Origin: Ktedonobacterales bacterium
GTDB taxonomy: Bacteria > Chloroflexota > Ktedonobacteria > Ktedonobacterales > JADMIN01
Reading direction: 5' to 3'
Assembly (NCBI GenBank): GCA_036557205.1
Contig: DATBIB010000037.1
Span: 1,163 to 65,162, forward strand
DNA: 64,000 bases
In this document: positions 10,469 to 19,684 of the stretch, piece after piece
Numbering within the stretch: position 1 is the first letter of the stretch
How the letters are laid out: each line of letters begins with the position of its first letter
Made by a program: the position numbers and the translations under genes
The notes under the pieces: model-generated
Databases searched by the model: none
The model's input: the letters and a program-made list of their open reading frames with translations, nothing else
Told to the model about the DNA's origin: nothing

Positions 10469-10729
10469 TCACCGAATCTGTGAGCAGCGAAATGGGATAC
10501 ACGCAGGCGCGACACCCTCCTCATTGGCACGACTCTCTGCCTCTGTGGCGTCTATCAGTGCCAGTAACAACCACTCAACAGCCTCATTGTCACCACTGCG
10601 CTTAAGTGCCTTCACCTCTTCGACATAGGTGGTGTAGTGACGACCCTGATAATAACCAGGACGGGGTGGGCGTACTGACCCATCGTGTACCACAACAGCA
10701 CACTCCTCACTATAAGCGTGAGCATTCAA
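10469..10729 (-). CDS. Small hypothetical protein
   Basis: 86-aa ORF directly downstream of the pentapeptide gene on the same strand. No recognised motif. Confidence 0.3.
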   Translation of the reverse strand: MNAHAYSEECAVVVHDGSVRPPRPGYYQGRHYTTYVEEVKALKRSGDNEAVEWLLLALIDATEAESRANEEGVAPACIPFRCSQIR

Positions 10730-10798
10730 TATCGTGGGCTTACTCTACGCTGCTTCAGGCGAGGCGTCAAACCAACGATAGCCATAGCCGCCTGATAG

Positions 10799-12160
10799 CT
10801 ACCGTGCAAAGAACCGCTGGGTGAACGTAGCGATGAAGGTAATCTCAATCAAGAGGCCGATGATAGCTTCTCCTGCTGCCAGACGTGCCAGCGTGTCGCC
10901 TAAGCTGATGCCCGATGTGAAGAACCCACGGCCATGAAAAGCGCTGATACTGAGGACGAGGGCTTCATCCCAGGTCAGGTGTGGCGCGGCGAATTGTGCA
11001 TTGAGAAGGTAGGCTCCGGTGAAGGCGAGAATGATGACGACATAGGCGATGAGACTGCGCATGGGCTTATAGCCGTAGCCAGAGATGAGGTCAAGAAGCA
11101 GCGAACCACCATAGCGCAGGTATTGATGGCGTCGTCGAAGGACTTGACGCTGGAGTACATTGGCCCGGTAGGCGAAATGGTCAGCCCACTCGTTGATGCC
11201 CTGTTCGCGTAACACAGCGGCCAGTTGTCGATTGGCGCGGGTGGCATTCTCAAACAAAGCCGCTCGCGGAAGCGTATGCAGTGACGGCGGGATAGGTGCC
11301 AGCACTGGACGGTCCGGGTGACGCGCCATCTGTTCTTCAGCGAGCATCCCGAGCTGCGCCCAGTTCATGGTGTTTAAATTGGCGCCGCCCCAGTCGACAT
11401 TGAGGAGGAACGCGGTCCCGTGTTGGGGGCTGCTGAAACGAGCATCAAAAATGGCGGTCGTCGCATCAAATTGTGCACCAAGCAGATTGGCGCCTTCAAA
11501 ATGCAGTCTATCCAAAATGGCGCCCTGAAAGCGAGCGCGGAAGAAGTGTGCGTTTTCCATATGCGCATGTTCCACATAGGCTTCGTCCCAATGAGATTGC
11601 TCAAGGAAGGCATGTTCCAAGCGCGTGCCGATTCCAGACACCCGTTGCAACTGCGCATTTTTCAGTACCGCTCCCTCCAGATGGGTCTCGTTAAGAGTGC
11701 AGTCCTCCAAATGGATAGCGGCGGCATCATCCTGCCATACGGTGGTGCGGCGGCTCTCCTCAAACGACAGCCCGCCACGTAGCCGAGCGAGCGGTAGAGC
11801 TCGCAGGTCGCTCCTGTGGAGGTCGGCCCCTCGCAGGTCCACTCCCTGCCGCCCACGCTGACTTTCATCGCTCCAATCGACCGGTCCGCGCATCCCGCCG
11901 CTCTCGTGTGTCGCCAGCAACCACTCCACATCCGCACGGTTGAGTTTGACCCCGCCGAATGGGTAGACGCCCTTCTCAATGTCCGGTTGGATAGCCCGCC
12001 GCTCGGCCAAATACTGCTGCCCGGTATCGTCAATCTCAGGCTCTGTGCGCCACGGCTGGTTGTGCTCCTTCGTCCAATACTCATTCCATGTCAGAAAGCC
12101 GTCTGGTGCTGGTTTCGGTTGGTTAGTCGTCGCTGCTTGGGTTGGCCCTTGCTTGCTCAT
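10799..12160 (-). CDS. Pentapeptide-repeat protein fused to a C-terminal 2-TM pore-loop (Ion_trans_2-like) channel domain
   Basis: GGAGG 7 nt upstream of ATG 12160. Central repeats of the A(D/N)LxG type ('GADLHRSDLRALPLARLRG', 'LEGAVLKNAQLQRVSG', 'FEGANLLGAQF', 'WGGANLNTMNW'). C-terminus has TM1 'LIAYVVIILAFTGAYLL', a pore-helix-like 'WDEALVLSISAFHGRGFF' and TM2 'AIIGLLIEITFIATF'. No canonical TVGYG filter. Confidence 0.8.
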   Translation of the reverse strand: MSKQGPTQAATTNQPKPAPDGFLTWNEYWTKEHNQPWRTEPEIDDTGQQYLAERRAIQPDIEKGVYPFGGVKLNRADVEWLLATHESGGMRGPVDWSDESQRGRQGVDLRGADLHRSDLRALPLARLRGGLSFEESRRTTVWQDDAAAIHLEDCTLNETHLEGAVLKNAQLQRVSGIGTRLEHAFLEQSHWDEAYVEHAHMENAHFFRARFQGAILDRLHFEGANLLGAQFDATTAIFDARFSSPQHGTAFLLNVDWGGANLNTMNWAQLGMLAEEQMARHPDRPVLAPIPPSLHTLPRAALFENATRANRQLAAVLREQGINEWADHFAYRANVLQRQVLRRRHQYLRYGGSLLLDLISGYGYKPMRSLIAYVVIILAFTGAYLLNAQFAAPHLTWDEALVLSISAFHGRGFFTSGISLGDTLARLAAGEAIIGLLIEITFIATFTQRFFAR

Positions 12161-12438
12161 CAGTCACACCTCCTGCTTGACACACACTCATCAGTATGTA
12201 CGACGTATCAAGCGAGAGGTTAGGCGTGACATTCAGAGGTAATTGAGCTGCTTCTCTGCTGATAGTTGAAGAGGGCTTGTTTCCGGTCAAGCGAGGTGCT
12301 AATATTGAGGTGACGTTTTCCGGTGTGGAAGATGTCAGAAACCAGAGGTTATCACTCCTCAAACCTGTGGTGTGGTGGCAGAGCAGTGCTATTCGCGTAG
12401 CGTTGGAACCCCCACAAACCCGCTTAATTCCTGGAGGG

Positions 12439-12511
12439 AGCCGATGGTGGGACTCGAACCCGCAACCTGAGGTTTACAAAACCACTGCTCTGCCAATTGA
12501 GCTACATCGGC
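12439..12511 (-). tRNA. tRNA-Thr (anticodon UGU), 73 nt, no encoded CCA
   Basis: Hand-folded cloverleaf: acceptor GCCGATG/CATCGGC, D arm GCTC-AATTGGCA-GAGC, anticodon loop TTTGTAA, T loop TTCGAGT. There are two non-Watson-Crick pairs (U28.U42, C50.A64). Confidence 0.8.
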
Positions 12512-12546
12512 CAGTTGAGGTATGGAGCGGCGCGCGCTCCGTGGGC

Positions 12547-12575
12547 AGTATAGCACCGGGCATGCGGAGCGTCAA
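12547..12575 (-). promoter_or_regulatory. Sigma70-type promoter for tRNA-Thr
   Basis: Minus strand reads TTGACG-17 nt-TATACT, about 35 nt upstream of the tRNA 5' end. Confidence 0.6.
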
Positions 12576-12782
12576 CGCGCGCTGAGCAGATGACGCACGT
12601 CCTCAATCCACTCTAGCGCGCCTTCAATCCTGGATGACTCGATGCTGAGAAATTGCTGAGGCGGTAGGACTGTGTGACCCCGGCCATAGCGCGTTATCGG
12701 GCGGTGTGATACACTGCTGTCGAGTTCCAGCGGGCGCATCGTTTCAGGACACACAGTGAGGCGAGACGAGCGGTTGCCCGGC

Positions 12783-12811
12783 TTGACACCGCCCGCACAG
12801 CGCGTTAGAGT
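12783..12811 (+). promoter_or_regulatory. Sigma70-type promoter upstream of the PASTA kinase gene
   Basis: TTGACA (12783-12788), 17-nt spacer, TAGAGT (12806-12811). It predicts a ~215-nt 5' UTR. Confidence 0.55.
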
Positions 12812-13035
12812 AGGCTTGGCTATTAGAATTGACCATCATTGGCTATTATTCCTCAATGAAGGGCAACTCTGCCTGGCGTGCCACGGCTGCCGCTTCGATA
12901 TTCATACTGCTCATACGACTCGGAGGCGGCTCGGCAGAGACCGCGCAGAGAGAAGCGAAGCGGGTCACGGCGGGTGAGGTCCAGACGACAGGGACACACG
13001 GCGCGTAACGGGACAGCGCCGTGATGAGGAGTACC

Positions 13036-14784
13036 ATGGAACCGAATGAGCTGATCGGGGATCGATACGAATTAGGCGAGCCTATCGGTCGCGGCGGTAT
13101 GGCCACCATCCATCGGGCCACCGATCTGCGCATGGGCCGTGAGGTCGCCATCAAGATCCTGCGCGAGGTCTATAGTAGCGACCCCAAGTTCGTCACCCGC
13201 TTCCAGCGCGAAGCGCGCGCCGCCTCTGCCTTGCAGCACCCCAATATCGTCCAGGTCTTCGACTATGGCCAGAGCGGCGACGCTTACTACATCGTCATGG
13301 AGCTCATCAATGGCGCCGACCTGCGCCGCTACCTCAAGCGCGAAGGCGTCCTCACCCCCGATCGCGCCGTCGAGATCGCCCATGATGTCGCCCTGGGGCT
13401 CGGCGCTGCCCACCGCCGCACCATCGTCCACCGCGATGTAAAGCCGCAGAATATCCTCCTCAACGACGATGGGCTGGTCAAGCTGACCGACTTCGGCATC
13501 GCCAGCGTCTATAAGGACGTTGACGCCGAACGGCTCACCACCACGGGCATGACGCTGGGCACGGTGCAATATTACGCGCCGGAGCAGGCGCAGGGCGAGA
13601 TTGTGACTCCCGCCGCCGACATCTACGCGCTGGGCATCGTCATGTATGAGATGCTTACCGGCCGGACGCCGTTCGATGGCGATACGCCCGTCGCGGTGGC
13701 GATGCGCCACATTCAGGATATCCCGGAGCCACCGTCCCGCATCAACCAGATGATCCCACGCGACCTAGAGCGGATCATCCTGCGCTGTCTGGAGAAGGAC
13801 CCGCGCGACCGCTATCCCAACGGCGACGCGCTGGCCTATGCGCTCGATCAGTTCGCGCGCGGCCCCACCCGGCGCTTTGGCAGCAGCGGCACAGGCCGCC
13901 CGCTGGACCTGCCAGGCATCGACTCCCGTCCGCAGCCGGGACGCGGCTCGTCACAATTTGGCGCCTCGGCGGTGATCAGCGGGCCGCGTCGGTCAGACGT
14001 GGTCGCGAACGACGGCTACGATGCGCCCACCTTCGAGGACTTCGATGGTGGCATGGGGAATGGGAATGGGATCAGCACCACGCCCTGGGCAACCGCGCGC
14101 GGGACGGTGCCGCGCATCTCAGGTCCGCAGGGCGACTATGAGGAGGGCCGCAAGCCCAGGACCGGCCTGATTGCCGCCATGATCGGCGGACTGGTGCTGT
14201 TGCTGGGGGTAGCCTGCGTGCTGGTCTTCGCCCTCATGAACGGCGTGCTGGGTGGTGGCCAGACTTCCACTCCCACACTGACAACAACCGTTCCCAACTT
14301 TGTTGGCCAGCAGTACACGGCAGCGCTCTCCCTGGCGCAGTCGAACCACCTTAAGCTGCAGAAGCAGGTGATATCGAGCGATCAGCCGTTAGATCAGGTG
14401 CTCAAGCAGGACATTGCCTCCGGGCAAAAGGTAGCCTACGACACGACAGTTAGCGTCACCGTCAGTGGAGGCGCCGACACGGTCACCGTACCTGATGTGA
14501 CTAAAATGACCGTCTCGGATGCCTGTAAGGCGCTTGCTGCCGATACGCTAAAACTTCAATGTAATGTCCAGTCATATCAGCAAAGCGACTCGGTTGACTC
14601 TGGCAAAGTCATCTCAACCGATCCTGCGGCGGGGGCAACCGCGACCCCGGGCGTTACGGTGGTCAACCTGGTCGTCAGCACCGGGCCAGCGCCGACGCCG
14701 ACAACACCGCCGCAGCCGACCGCGACGCCGCAGCCGACCGCGACGCCGGCACCTACCGATACGCCACCAGTCACCGGCCCATAA
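13036..14784 (+). CDS. pknB: Hanks-type Ser/Thr protein kinase with TM helix and two extracellular PASTA domains (PknB-like)
   Basis: ORF 13021..14784. Start preferred at ATG 13036, with GAGGAG 7 nt upstream. 'GRGGMATIH', 'HRDVKPQN', 'DFGIA', 'APEQ'. TM 'LIAAMIGGLVLLLGVACVLVFAL'. Two PASTA-like units ('VPNFVGQ...VSGG', 'VTVPDVT...VSTG'). Pro/Thr-rich tail. Confidence 0.9.
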   Translation: MEPNELIGDRYELGEPIGRGGMATIHRATDLRMGREVAIKILREVYSSDPKFVTRFQREARAASALQHPNIVQVFDYGQSGDAYYIVMELINGADLRRYLKREGVLTPDRAVEIAHDVALGLGAAHRRTIVHRDVKPQNILLNDDGLVKLTDFGIASVYKDVDAERLTTTGMTLGTVQYYAPEQAQGEIVTPAADIYALGIVMYEMLTGRTPFDGDTPVAVAMRHIQDIPEPPSRINQMIPRDLERIILRCLEKDPRDRYPNGDALAYALDQFARGPTRRFGSSGTGRPLDLPGIDSRPQPGRGSSQFGASAVISGPRRSDVVANDGYDAPTFEDFDGGMGNGNGISTTPWATARGTVPRISGPQGDYEEGRKPRTGLIAAMIGGLVLLLGVACVLVFALMNGVLGGGQTSTPTLTTTVPNFVGQQYTAALSLAQSNHLKLQKQVISSDQPLDQVLKQDIASGQKVAYDTTVSVTVSGGADTVTVPDVTKMTVSDACKALAADTLKLQCNVQSYQQSDSVDSGKVISTDPAAGATATPGVTVVNLVVSTGPAPTPTTPPQPTATPQPTATPAPTDTPPVTGP

Positions 14785-14858
14785 GTCGGATCCCAGTGCC
14801 AGCGGATGAGATGCAAGAGCGCTCCACTACTCACTGGGCGCTCTTCTCATTGACGGAC

Positions 14859-14898
14859 CACTCCCCCTAATCCCCTCACCTGAAGTGGGAGGGGGACC
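14859..14898 (+). repeat. C-tract/G-tract palindromic intergenic repeat, copy A
   Basis: CACTCCCCCTAATCCCCTCACCTGAAGTGGGAGGGGGACC, a hairpin CCCCTCAC/GTGGGAGGGG. Related to copies at 18312-18352 (reverse orientation) and 33018-33056. Confidence 0.75.
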
Positions 14899-15007
14899 AG
14901 AGCTTTTCAGCGTTGGATTTCCGCTTGGGGCGCTCCGGGCTGGATATCATGAATTAAGGATATACTCTGCAAAGTCATATCATGTGAACCAGAATGTGAG
15001 AATCACC

Positions 15008-16333
15008 ATGCAGGCGCTGTTTGTCCATACCGCCGATAATCATCTGGGCTACGAGCAATATGGGATGAAGGAGCGCTTCAACGACTTTTCCCGCGCCTTC
15101 TGGGCCATTGTCGATGACGCCATTGCCCGCAAGGCCGATCTCTTCGTCATCGCGGGCGACCTCTTCAATAAACGGGCAATCGACGCGCGCACGCTGATGC
15201 ACGCGCAGGAGGGGCTGGAGCGGCTGCGCGACGCGGGCATCCCCTGCGTGGCTATTGAGGGCAACCACGACCGCAGCTACTACCGTGACGGCTTCTCCTG
15301 GCTGGAGTTTCTCTGCTGGCAGAACCAGTTGATCCTGCTGAATCCCTACATCCGCGATGGAGCGCCGGAGCTGAAGCCATGGAACCAGGATGAGATGCGC
15401 GGCGCGTACATCGACCTGAAGGACGGCAAGATGCGCGTCTACGGCCTGCCCTGGTATGGCGCGAGCACGGCGCGGGTGATGAAAAGCCTGGCTGAGCAAC
15501 TGGCGGCCACGCGCGAGGCGGAGGACGCCGCGGGCGTCGAGTATCGGCTGCTGCTGCTACATACCGGCGTCGAGGGTATGCTGCCGACGCTGCATGGCCT
15601 GCCCCAGCGCAGTGACTTCGAGCCGCTACGCGGGCTGGTGGATTATATCGCTCTTGGCCATGTCCATAAGCCCTATGAGATTGATAGCTGGCTCTACAAT
15701 CCCGGCTCGTCGGAGACCTGGGGCGCGGAGGAAAGCGCCTGGGAGCGCGGCTACTATGTCGTGCGGATCAATACCGATGCGCCCGAGGGAGAGCCGACCC
15801 ACATCGCCGAGCATGTCGTCAATCCGCGCCGCCCGTTTCTGCGGCTGCCATTCAACGTCGAGGGGCTGCGCGACCCCGCCGCGCTCTACGAGGCATTCGA
15901 GCGCTACTGCCGGAGCAAGGCGCGCGAATACGCCGTCCCTGAGCAGCCCGCGCCGGGGCTGGAGCCGGTGGTGGATGTCTCGCTCACGGGCGTGTTGAGC
16001 TTCGACACCAGCGCGCTCGACCGCGCCCAACTGGAGGAGACGGCGCAACGAATGTTTCACCCGCTGGTAGTGCGCATCCACGACGGCACACGCGACAGCG
16101 AATGGGAGCTGGACGACGAGAATGGGCTGGATAGCAGCGACCGTTCCACCTGGCTCCAGCTCGAGACGCATATCTTCGAGGAGCTTTTGCAGCGTGACGC
16201 GCGGTTTCAGCAACGCGCGGGCGAGTGGGCGCGGTTGGTGGCCTCGCTCAAGCAGATGGCGCTCGGCGGCGAGTCGGCGGAACAGGTCGTCCAGAAGCTC
16301 CGCGATGAGCGCGCCCGGCTGTTGAACTCGTGA
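15008..16333 (+). CDS. sbcD: Mre11/SbcD-like calcineurin-fold DNA repair exonuclease
   Basis: ORF 14885..16333. Start trimmed to ATG 15008 (MQALFVHTADNHLG...). Metallophosphoesterase motifs 'DNHLG', 'GDLF', 'GNHD', 'GHVH'. No SbcC-like ATPase follows. Confidence 0.8.
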   Translation: MQALFVHTADNHLGYEQYGMKERFNDFSRAFWAIVDDAIARKADLFVIAGDLFNKRAIDARTLMHAQEGLERLRDAGIPCVAIEGNHDRSYYRDGFSWLEFLCWQNQLILLNPYIRDGAPELKPWNQDEMRGAYIDLKDGKMRVYGLPWYGASTARVMKSLAEQLAATREAEDAAGVEYRLLLLHTGVEGMLPTLHGLPQRSDFEPLRGLVDYIALGHVHKPYEIDSWLYNPGSSETWGAEESAWERGYYVVRINTDAPEGEPTHIAEHVVNPRRPFLRLPFNVEGLRDPAALYEAFERYCRSKAREYAVPEQPAPGLEPVVDVSLTGVLSFDTSALDRAQLEETAQRMFHPLVVRIHDGTRDSEWELDDENGLDSSDRSTWLQLETHIFEELLQRDARFQQRAGEWARLVASLKQMALGGESAEQVVQKLRDERARLLNS

Positions 16334-16430
16334 TGCGCCTGCTCGACTAGGAATCTCCTACCGATAGAACGTAAACCGCGCGACAAGCAACTGTCTCGGC
16401 AATTACCATGGCTGAGCATGCAGGCGTGTC

Positions 16431-16459
16431 TTGACGAGGCAGTCACAATCCTCTATACT
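16431..16459 (+). promoter_or_regulatory. Sigma70-type promoter for the TPR membrane protein gene
   Basis: TTGACG (16431-16436), 17 nt, TATACT (16454-16459). Confidence 0.6.
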
Positions 16460-16521
16460 GGCGCAGCACTGCGCCCGCAAAAATGCGTAGCGTACAGGGA
16501 TGCGAGGGTGGAGGCGGACGC

Positions 16522-17712
16522 ATGGCCAGTAACCTCCCCAACAACGTGACCGGCAACCTCATCGGCAAGCTCTTCGACATGCTGCGCGACCGCCTGATGC
16601 AGACGCAGCGTGGGCGTTGGATTCTGGGCGCATTATTCCTGGTGATGGCTGCGTTCTTCTTCGTACTGGCTCTGGCCGACCATAACACCGAGCAGGATAT
16701 CGCCTTCGGCATCGGCGCTGCGTTCTTCCTGCTGCTCGCGCTGATAGTGCTGATCGGAAACGTCTTCATCGGCCGCGGCCAGCGCCGCATGCGGTCCGCC
16801 GTCGCCGAGAGCGAGGCGCGCGCCAAGCAATTGCTTGCCGAGGGCAAGATATTGCCGATACCGCCGCTGCCGAAGAATCAGCCACAGGGCATCAGCCCGG
16901 ACGATCTGGCGCAGATCGAGACTAATGCCAATCAACTGCGCGAGATTCCCTGGGGTGATCGCGTGGAGTACCCGAATGAGCAGGTGCGCGCCGTCTTCGA
17001 TGCGGCGATGTCGGAGGTGCTGACGACCTCTGGGGATTGGGCGAAGCTACGCAGCCCGGTTCATGTCTTCGCTGGGCTGCCGCAGCCGCTCTGCTATGTT
17101 GGCGCCGCCGAGGTGATGTTCCGGCTCTCGTATCTGAGCGGCACGACCTTCGCGCCGGTCGGCTTACAGCAGGGTCTGCGCTTCGCATCTCGCGCGCAAT
17201 TTCACACGCCGCTCCAGCCAGATGCGCTCGTCACGCAGCTCAAGCTGCTTGTCGCCTGTCGCGCGCCCTACTGGCAGGAACTGGCCACCAAGACGCTGAG
17301 CATGATTCAGCAGGTCGCGCCAAATCATCCGCGGTTGCCCCAGGCCGAGGTGTTCTACCACCGCGTGCGCGGCGAGTATGAGGAGGCGGTGAGCTGCTCC
17401 GACCGCGCGCTGGCGTTCGCCAGAACCCCAGCGGAGCAGGCTTCGATTCTCTCCAGCAAGGCGCTGCTCTTGATGAGCCTGAAGCGCAACGACGAGGCGG
17501 TTGCGACGTTTCAGGCGGCATGCGCGCTCAACCCCAACGACCCCTGGATCTGGCACAACATGACATTTCCGCTGGTCGAGCTTGGCCGCTATCACGAGGC
17601 GTTGCGGTGCAGCGAGCGGGCGCTTTCAATTATGGATTTCGGCGTCGCCCGGACGCAGCACGAAAAGATCATGCAAAAACTTGCCCAGCAACTGGGTGGC
17701 GGCACGGGCTAA
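16522..17712 (+). CDS. Membrane-anchored TPR-repeat protein
   Basis: ORF 16483..17712. Start trimmed to ATG 16522, after GGAGG. Two N-terminal TM helices. C-terminal TPR-like units ('EYEEAVSCSDRALAF', 'NDEAVATFQAACALNPNDPW', 'YHEALRCSERALSI'). Confidence 0.7.
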   Translation: MASNLPNNVTGNLIGKLFDMLRDRLMQTQRGRWILGALFLVMAAFFFVLALADHNTEQDIAFGIGAAFFLLLALIVLIGNVFIGRGQRRMRSAVAESEARAKQLLAEGKILPIPPLPKNQPQGISPDDLAQIETNANQLREIPWGDRVEYPNEQVRAVFDAAMSEVLTTSGDWAKLRSPVHVFAGLPQPLCYVGAAEVMFRLSYLSGTTFAPVGLQQGLRFASRAQFHTPLQPDALVTQLKLLVACRAPYWQELATKTLSMIQQVAPNHPRLPQAEVFYHRVRGEYEEAVSCSDRALAFARTPAEQASILSSKALLLMSLKRNDEAVATFQAACALNPNDPWIWHNMTFPLVELGRYHEALRCSERALSIMDFGVARTQHEKIMQKLAQQLGGGTG

Positions 17713-17716
17713 CCGC

Positions 17717-18292
17717 TTATTGCCGGGTGCTCCCCTGCGTAATGGCCGCGTGCAGCCTGGCATAGTCCATCGTGGCGAAGTCGGTGGTATCCAGCTCGTA
17801 GAGCGTGCCGCCGAGTGGCAGGGGGTCGATGCGCCCACGCAGCAGCAGCTCCCGGTGTTCGTCGAGGTTGTGCGTCTCCACGTGGCCAGGATGGCGATCC
17901 GCTGAGCCCGCCCGCTGGCAGTAGCGCTCGTAGAGTGTTGGGCCATTGGCGATGCAAAGTATCTGGAAGGGCGTGAAAGAGTACGCCTGCTCCAGTGCGC
18001 GAAAACGCTCGCCATCGCGGTCGGGGTAGAAGTTGCACTCGACGACGCAGGGCTGCCTGGCGCGCAGATGTTCTTCCAGCAACATATACAGCAGCGCCAT
18101 CGTCGCCGTCCCCAGTTGTCGCGACCACGCGCGGTCGCTCCAGCCGAGCGTCTCGAAGAGCGTTTCCTTGATGGCGTCCTTGGCCAGCAGCGGCAGGGAG
18201 AAGTCGTCGGCGATCCGCCGCGCCAGCGTCGTCTTACCGGTGGCGGGCAGCCCATTCACCACGATCACCAGCGGCAGCGGGCGCTCCTCCAT
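17717..18292 (-). CDS. P-loop NTPase / small-molecule kinase-like protein (AAA_33-like)
   Basis: ORF 17717..18328. Start trimmed to ATG 18292 (MEERPLPLVIVVNGLPATGKTT...) so that it does not overlap the intergenic repeat. Walker A 'GLPATGKTT'. Confidence 0.6.
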   Translation of the reverse strand: MEERPLPLVIVVNGLPATGKTTLARRIADDFSLPLLAKDAIKETLFETLGWSDRAWSRQLGTATMALLYMLLEEHLRARQPCVVECNFYPDRDGERFRALEQAYSFTPFQILCIANGPTLYERYCQRAGSADRHPGHVETHNLDEHRELLLRGRIDPLPLGGTLYELDTTDFATMDYARLHAAITQGSTRQ

Positions 18293-18311
18293 GTCGGTGT
18301 CTCCAAACAAT

Positions 18312-18352
18312 GGCCCCCTCTCCTGCAAGGAGAGGGGGTTGGGGGTGAGGTT
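18312..18352 (-). repeat. C-tract/G-tract palindromic intergenic repeat, copy B (inverted relative to A and C)
   Basis: Minus strand reads AACCTCACCCCCAACCCCCTCTCCTTGCAGGAGAGGGGGCC. It fills the 62-nt gap right after the recA stop. Confidence 0.75.
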
Positions 18353-18354
18353 CC

Positions 18355-19443
<1,089 letters not shown>

Positions 19444-19582
19444 GCCTTGCTCCTCTTTCATTCGCCCGGTACTAATGATGGCGGGCGCAACCTTCTTCTA
19501 CCTAAGAGAAGAAGCGAATTCAGGATGTTGGGGAGAATGTGTCGCCGGATGTCTCGGATGTGTACACCTGTCCTAAATGCTA

Positions 19583-19624
19583 GAACATACGTACAATTTT
19601 ATGCGATTTCGGCTCCGGCGTCAA
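19583..19624 (-). promoter_or_regulatory. recA promoter (TTGACG-17-TAAAAT) with abutting Cheo/SOS-box-like site GTACGTATGTTC
   Basis: Minus strand: TTGACG (19619-19624), 17-nt spacer, TAAAAT (19596-19601), then t-GTACGTATGTTC (19583-19594). On the plus strand the box reads GAAC-ATAC-GTAC, one mismatch from GAAC-N4-GTTC. Confidence 0.5.
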
Positions 19625-19684
19625 TAGTCCTTTCTTTTCGGGCTATTGCCGACCGGAAGCCGCCACAACGCGGGGACTTTCGGG

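Noticed and set aside
8571-12438. An integrase, excisionase or transposase within the tRNA-Thr islands.
   Set aside because: All six frames were read. No R-H-R-Y tyrosine-recombinase motifs (HxLRH, GH...T..Y) and no serine-recombinase or DDE signatures were seen. The islands are therefore reported as remnants, not active elements.
12572-13154. Small ORFs 12572..12754(-), 12756..12977(+) and 12846..13154(-) in the tRNA-to-kinase spacer.
   Set aside because: None has an SD-like sequence or a recognisable motif. They overlap the two mapped promoter-like elements and one another, and are more likely non-coding leader or promoter DNA.
16522-17712. The gene downstream of sbcD as a divergent SbcC.
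   Set aside because: It has no Walker A/B or coiled-coil ATPase features. It is a 2-TM + TPR protein with its own promoter.
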